Shown in pieces: positions 57,301-64,000 of a stretch of 64,000 nt of DNA. This DNA is from Tubulanus polymorphus. Lineage: Eukaryota > Animalia > Nemertea. Where the stretch lies: assembly GCF_964204645.1 (NCBI RefSeq), contig NC_134026.1:29360150-29424149 (forward strand), in the 5' to 3' direction. Under the pieces are notes generated by a model, which saw only the letters and a list, made by a program, of their open reading frames with translations, was not told the DNA's origin and made no database searches. Within the stretch, counting starts at the first letter, position 1. Each line of letters starts with the position of its first letter. A program made the translations under genes and the position numbers.

Positions 57301-58681
57301 ATGGAACGTCATTCATTAATTACGGCCTTGTTGGTGGTTACATTTGCAGCAACATCTTGTACGTATCCTGTAAGATAATCAATTGTTAGATTTTAGAAAT
57401 CGAGTGATGTATGAAATCGTTTTGAATATTCTTAGTAGAGGCACGTGTGAAAAGAGGAGATTGGAGAATCATAGGCGGTAGTGTGTCGACCTTAGGTCAA
57501 CATCCATGGCAAGCAGCCATCTTATATACACCAGATTTCAGATCTGTTAAATACATCTGCGGAGGAGCTCTAATTGATGCGACTACAGTTGTGACGGCCG
57601 CTCATTGCTTTGACGAGTAAGAATTTTTTCATTTTCCTGAATGATGTGAAAAATCGTCGAGAATTCTCGTCTCATCCCCCCCCCCCCGACACATTTCATA
57701 AGACTAGCAAATGATTGCATTCTTTCTCTTTAGAAACGAAGATCCGAAACATTATCTTGTGACGACTGGAACTCTGTCTTTGAAAACTAAATTTCAGGAG
57801 AAGAGAACAACAAGAGCCATTAAACTTACTTTCCACGAAGACAGGCTGTTTGATCCTGACGGTAAGACGCCTTCATAGAGTACAAAACAAAAACTAATTC
57901 CAAATGGGGTTAAACACAATACGGTATTTATTTTTCACGTGGAATCTAATTTCAGTGATACAAGTTTCTTTCTCAAACAAAACTGTTTATTGTTATAACA
58001 AAGGACCACAACGATATCAAGTTTAAATACTTCACAGGTTATGATATTGCTATAATCAAATTAAGAAAACCTCTACTGCTGGATGAATACGCAAGCGCAT
58101 TAGCATTACCAGAATCGGTAAATGATAGAGCTAAAGTAAATGACACATGTTATGTAGCTGGCTGGGGAGCTACGACCCCAACCCAAGGTAATCAAGAAAG
58201 CTCTGAGGATGAAAAACGAAAGGTTATCATAGAACATCCAGTTAGTTATTGCAACAAATGTTCTGTTTTCACAGGAAAACAGTCCTCCACGGCTCTGTTA
58301 TATACAGATTTAAAGATACGTAATAACGCATATTGTGATCGAGTTTATCCGAGGAGTCGCGTACAAGCTGAACACGTCTGCGCTGGTGGTTATACTACTA
58401 ATAAAAACGCTTGCAAGGTAAAACATTGCCTACAGTCAAAACTTTCATATCAAAATCAAGTCCCTACAATTGATGTGAATGATTTATCTGCATAAATTAC
58501 ATCGTATGATTGTATTTGTCAGGGTGATAGCGGTTCACCACTAGTATGTATGCGTAATGGACACTGGGTTTTTGAAGGCGTTTTATCATATGGTCAGAGG
58601 ATTTGCGGAAAATATGGAATCCCAACTGTTTACACAAGTATTGCCTATTACAGAGATTGGATTGAAGAATTTAGAGTTTAA
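57301..58681 (+). CDS. Secreted S1A (chymotrypsin-fold) serine protease, 272 aa. Exons 57301-57358, 57436-57616, 57734-57861, 58038-58187, 58275-58417, 58523-58681
   Basis: Signal peptide [22 protein letters not shown]; activation site R|IIGG; HPWQ; CGG; TAAHC; YDIAIIKL; AGWG; CAGG; GDSGSPLVC; all exons in phase (819 nt); AATAAA just after the stop. Confidence 0.93.
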
Positions 58682-58932
58682 GCGAAATAAATTCTTTACT
58701 GTCTACAATGTAGTTACATCAGTTCTTTGTTTAACAATAATACTTGAATCAATTTTTCCTCCAAATGTCGCATATCTCAGCAGATTAAAATTACCCATTC
58801 AGGTGAGTCAGTAAACTCAGGACCCACTAAACATGAGATCTAACACCTAGAAGGGTTTAGATCTTAGGTTATTGTGTTTAGTGACACCCATCAATCTGTA
58901 CGAAACGGAGTAATCCCTCACTTATATTTCAA

Positions 58933-61720
58933 TCATTGTTTCTGTTTTTCAGCAGCAGCAGTTTCTGCTGATATCGTAGCATTTAACAATTCTTCATCTG
59001 ATAACGAATTGTTTTCATCGTTTTCTAACTGTAAAGCAGCATTCAGTAACTCTTCGTCGTTTACTTCCTCTTCACCGTTCTCTTCATCATCATTATCCAC
59101 GAAATATTTCGGCAAAGTGTTCTCTGGTAGTTTATAGTCTGAAAGTCAATATGAATAGTTTTGAGCGTTTTAGATGGTTTTTAAAGCGTCAAGTAGGGAT
59201 AGTATAATTCACTACCTGCAGATCTATAGTTCACTGAACGACAGTCCGGATCATGACATTTCTGATAGTAAAATCCTCCTCGTAAATCAGCCACAAATCT
59301 ATCAACAATTAACGAAATTAAGAATTAGGATTACAAATCATAATTTCGTCATTAGTATTTGAAAATGATAGAGAAACTTTGAATCATCATGTTTTCATCA
59401 ACTTTTCAGAATCTATCTTTCTGAGTGTAGGATTTTTATACTATCGTTACAACACAAAAACAGAGTGTTTCATAAATGGTTTAATCTTACATGATATTAT
59501 TATTCTTGTGGTGGCGTTCAATCCTACCACACCAGCGATAATTAGCTATATCATAAACTAACTGTTCTCCTTGAGCGAAATAAAACCATCGTCTAATTTT
59601 TCCTCGAATTCCATCTTTATTTAATACTGACGAAATATATGAATCAATCTCAGGATAAGGAGAATGTTGATAACCGTGTAAACTTTCTACAATAGATACT
59701 GATACACCTTTAGAAGAAAATAGATATAACATTTGCTACATTGGGAAGAGGAAGAAATTTTCAATATGTCGCAAATAAAGACTACAGCATCAAACCCACA
59801 ATGAAAAAACAAATAAGTTTTATAAATCTGTAACTCAGAATTTTCGGTTTTCAACTCAAGCCATTATTAAGGAATGACTACGTACAAGATATGACAAGTT
59901 TATACATGGAATCTGATCATTGCGAGCTATTGCAGCTATTCGGATTGACTAAGTCACTAGTTCAAGGTTTTACAACTTTCTGTTTTTTCCGTGGCATTGA
60001 CTCAATGCTACAATGTATGCAAAGAAATGCAGTGTTGCAAACCTTGTTTATGTGATTGAATCTGTTCAGTGGCAGCTGAGGAATTCCTATAACACGAATC
60101 TCCTTCACAAGTCAATATTCTCATATTATCAGCAAATCTATTATAAAACAGATAACTTATCACTGATTACTTAACAAATACAATTTCCTCATTTTACTTT
60201 ACTGATAACTTGTACCTGATGTTTGATATGAGTGAATCTAGAAAATATTGTTCATCAGATGAACAAATGTACTCATTTTCACTCGCTATTAATAGAGGAT
60301 TCTGTTGTTTCAATTTACACGACTTGTACAACCGAAAATTCCGGTTTTTTGTATAAACCGCTGCAAGCAAGAAAAAGAACAATAAAAAGTTATCGATAAA
60401 AAGTTTCAATAAAGGATGCGAATATTAAAGCAAACCTGTATCGCATAGGAATGATTCTTTTCCATCTTTATCAATGACGATGAAATCTTTCAAAACTTCA
60501 GCAGAAAAACTATTTATTTTACCTAATAATATGAACCATCAAATATTAAAGTTCCTTCAACATAAAAAACACACGAAGACAGCGATTAGTTCAAAATACA
60601 ATACATTTACCATCTGTCTTTCTGCTTTCTTTTAATATTTCATTACACACTCGTTTAACAAAGTTTCCTGAAATCAAAAGTCCACAATCTCGGTGAATTA
60701 GCAAGCCTTTAATCATTTAAACCTTCGGTAAAAATACCTGCTTGAATGTTGTCTTTGAAAAGCGAATTAGACGATTGGAAAATAAGATGTCTGCTGAACT
60801 TTGATGGAGTTGTAGCATCTAATTCTAAAACATCCGTCTCACTGACATCAGCTCCAAAATCTTTCTTCAAATAGTAAAGAACAATCTGCAAATATTAAAA
60901 AGCAAGATGAGAAGAGCTGAATTGGCAGAGTGGTTCCCTAGTGGTTCATAGGTGCCACTCAGTGGATTGAGGGATCATGAAAAATTACCTGTATCAATGT
61001 TTTGACTAAAAGTGCCCCATTTCTTTCATTATAAGCTTTCTTATATTCTAAATCGAAATATAATTTACAGACAGCGCATTCAGGAATCACTTCATAATGA
61101 TGACGTTTATCTAGTTGAAGCTGACTGTAATAGTGATAAAACTGTTGATAACTGCACACTAGGTAGAGTCTTCCACCAGAACTATTGTATTCTTCACTCT
61201 CAAAGGCAAATACATGCAAATCCTACAAAAAATGTTCCACGTCACGAGTATTATCTGTTTACTCAACTACACATGTTGAGCTGTCTACAGCTTGTTTCAT
61301 TTTGATCACAAGGGAATTAATTACCTCTGACTTGACCGATCTAGCGAACTGGAAGGCATCATTTTGCCGATAGAATGTTTTCCTAAAGATGCAAGGATCA
61401 GTTAACCTGCAAGAGTGCAACATGATAGATAACATTGAAGATATCATTAGAATGAATCATAGTTCATAGATTTCATATGCCAACAATCAATGAGACTCAC
61501 TTAGGAATATACTGTTTTGGAAGAGGATTTTCCAGAAATAATTTTTCAGTTTTCTCAATTTTTCTTCTCTTTCTTATTGCATTTAAATCAGCCCTAAATA
61601 AAATCAGGTAAGAAAATACAAGTCAGTAATAAACAGCTCAAATAATAGTATAGAATCACAAGCCTGATAGATTTTGTTTGCATACCGCTTGGAATAAAAA
61701 CAAACACCTTGAAGACTCAT
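58933..61720 (-). CDS. PRIMPOL: DNA-directed primase/polymerase PrimPol, about 12 coding exons
   Basis: TFYRQNDAF, HVFAFE, HHYEVIPE..CKLYFDLE (motif I), KFSRHLIF (motif II), CDT.VYTKNRNFRL (motif III), zinc finger RWCGRIERHHKNN..YQKCHDPDC. The start exon 61686-61720 is less certain. Confidence 0.93.
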
Positions 61721-63154
61721 TATAATTGTTTTTGGGAAAGTGTCATTTGGAGCCAGTGACGTGTGTGTGGAGTAGGTCACTACATATTTACGCTGTTTAG
61801 TGTTTGTTGTCACCGAGAATAATTAATTTTCTAGGTATGCTAATCCCAGAGAGTATGATCGATTACAGACGAAGCATTACGTTGTGTCAGTCAGTTACGG
61901 TACCACTACTGACAGTCAAGTGTCCCACCAACCGATTTAATAACCAACCAAACTAACAACGTCAACTCTCGTCACTCTCTCTTCTCTATATTAATCAGCA
62001 AGGCAATATTTCACACCTACTCCAAAAGTAGGCTATACAACAAATACTGTTTCCATTGCTCATGGCTTTCCCAATATCAGAAACGGCGTTTTTTATGCGA
62101 ATATGCCAGGAAAGTCATTTCTCAATGAATGAATAAAGTGTAAATTGAATTGACCGCGACTCCACCTTATTGGGATGATCTCGGAACACGGCTTCAGCTT
62201 GAACCGAATATATTAAGCTCCACTTTATCATCCACAATCTCTCGACTCAAATTCCAGACTAGTGTCTGTGTTACCGCAATTCCATTTTTTGCCAAAACTA
62301 TCAGATCCGAGGCCAAGATACTGAAACCACTGATTCCTGAAATACTCGTTTGAATAATGGGGATGTGACTATGAGGACGATGATGAATAATGGGTACACG
62401 GCGCAATGAGAGCAAAACTAGCTTTCATTATGTGGCGCCACCGTGCGGCTAATAGTGTTACTATGGCGGCTGTAATTTCATGTTGTTCGTTTTACGAGGT
62501 ACTTAAACTTCCTTTCTGAGGCAATCAAGCGCATCAAATACATAAATATCGTTGTAAAGGTAATCAGTTTCTGAACTGAACTTTATTTACACTATATGAC
62601 GGCGGCTGACACTGTGCTAAATGGGTTAAGCCGTCAAGGATTAAAACTCCATCCGGCGATCAGACCGTCGTCGATTCTTTCTTTAACAAAAGTTTGACTC
62701 AAGATACTCAACCTTTTGCCCCTTTTCATTACCTCACACAGACCGACACATTCACCAGTCATCAGTTTTTCTAAGTAAATACTGGACTAAAATTATACCA
62801 AAAACAAAACCTGCTAATTTAGGTCCGTTATAACTTGCCTATCTCTCCATCTTCTCCACTACTGAATCTAAGAAAAGAGAAAAGAAACTGACAAAATGAA
62901 AAAAAATGAGAGGTTGGGAGAGGGTATTGTATAATTGCACTGGTCAGCCTGTAGGAAATATTCAAATAGTCTGAACTGAATGAAATATAATCAACTATCT
63001 CTTTAACAACTGCCAATTAAATATCAGTGTAAATTGATGAAATGAGTTTCCATCCCCCTGACCCTGGTTGTTCCCGGGTTAATACCGAATTCGATTCTCC
63101 TAATGACGATGGATTGGTATCCTTGAGACTTACATCTTGTGCGCCAAGTGCTTG

Positions 63155-63216
63155 TTGCAGTAATGGCTTAAAATTAGGGCCAGTCCTTGAAACCAGAATT
63201 AAGACCACGACTGCAA
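63155..63216. mobile_element. Internally deleted copy of the MITE-like family at 46822
   Basis: TGCAGTAATGGCTTAAAATTAGGGCCAGTC...TTAAGACCACGACTGCAA parallels GCACAGTGATGGCTTAGATTTTAAGTCAGTC...TTAGTCACGACTGTGCAA. Confidence 0.45.
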
Positions 63217-63560
63217 GAGAGCAACTGATTCCTGATTGGAATAGCTTATTGCTTATTTCTTATTTTTAGATGAGAAGAAATGATGATTTGCTTATCATAT
63301 TCAATAAAATCGCCTTAAAAATCCTGAATCAGAAAATTATGTTTAACTGGCACCTGTGGATATAGAGGACCTAATTGATTAACAAAACAAATCAAGCTCT
63401 GAATGATCCGTTCTAACAAATTATTAGCACAATCCATTTTAAACGCCATTGATAGTCAAATGAGCTGCATCCTGTCATAGCCCTTACCGTAATTGCTAAA
63501 ACGCACGCCAAAATTTCTGTGCAAATCTTTGATGAAATGAATTTTTTTTATACGAACAGG

Positions 63561-63696
63561 TTTAAACTGTCAGACTGGATCACCAGCCACAGTTTGTGCC
63601 AGGACCCTGGCCTCAAAATCAACCACCTCCACCTTACATGATGCCAGCGCCACGAATGCCAAGCCCTTTACCGAGGGATCCTGCCATGGCTATGCC
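63561..63696 (+). other. Probable exon of a + strand gene that continues beyond the window (Pro-rich; MMPAPRMPSPLPRDPAMAMP..)
   Basis: GC-rich block bounded by a T-rich acceptor (..ACGAACAG) and GTAAGT donor; possible upstream exon ending GAG|GTACT at 62498, divergent from PRIMPOL. Identity and frame not established. Confidence 0.45.
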
Positions 63697-64000
63697 GTAA
63701 GTATCATTCCAACTTTTTATTTGTACGTATGTAGTTTTGTCAGATTTGGTGTTACTTAACTTATGAATAGACACAGATGTGATTATAGTTGTGTGATGTG
63801 CAGTCATCATTTTTTGTTTAAATCGAAGTACATAATTGGAAATTTTGGTTCCGGTTAATTTTGAAGATTGTGATCGAAATTCAGTTTAACTTAACTGATT
63901 ATGCTCAAATATTTTGTATTAACCTTAGCTAACTTAAGCTTATCAACTGTTGTGTTCATCATTGTTGACTAGATATTAAATAAAATTATAACCAGGAGAA

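Overview
AT-rich, intron-containing animal (metazoan) genomic DNA; gene content and GPCR/TRP families suggest a marine lophotrochozoan invertebrate (inference). Most real genes are spliced and are therefore broken up or missing in the ORF track, so I reconstructed exons by hand from GT/AG boundaries and reading phase. Left to right: about 7.5 kb with no identifiable gene; an intronless tyramine/octopamine-type amine GPCR (-); an intronless divergent TRPV-like channel (-) head-to-head with an intronless orphan peptide-type GPCR (+); a secreted ferritin (-) with two alternative signal-peptide first exons and four symmetric phase-1 mini/microexons, one His-rich; a 9-exon glycine-receptor/GluCl-like chloride channel subunit (-); two divergent intronless orphan ORFs, one split by an apparent 1-nt frameshift; a 3-exon, 120-aa secreted protein with 8 mature Cys (+) absent from the ORF track; CCDC186 (-) with a very large acidic repeat exon and a candidate 24-nt microexon; a secreted S1 serine protease with a non-tryptic pocket (+); PRIMPOL (-); and the 5' end of a further gene (+). 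Also MITE-like repeats, (TA)n tracts and a perfect 112-bp palindrome. Best candidates for undescribed biology: the modular N-terminus of the secreted ferritin and the orphan Cys-rich secreted protein. No database search was run; all identities are motif recognition.
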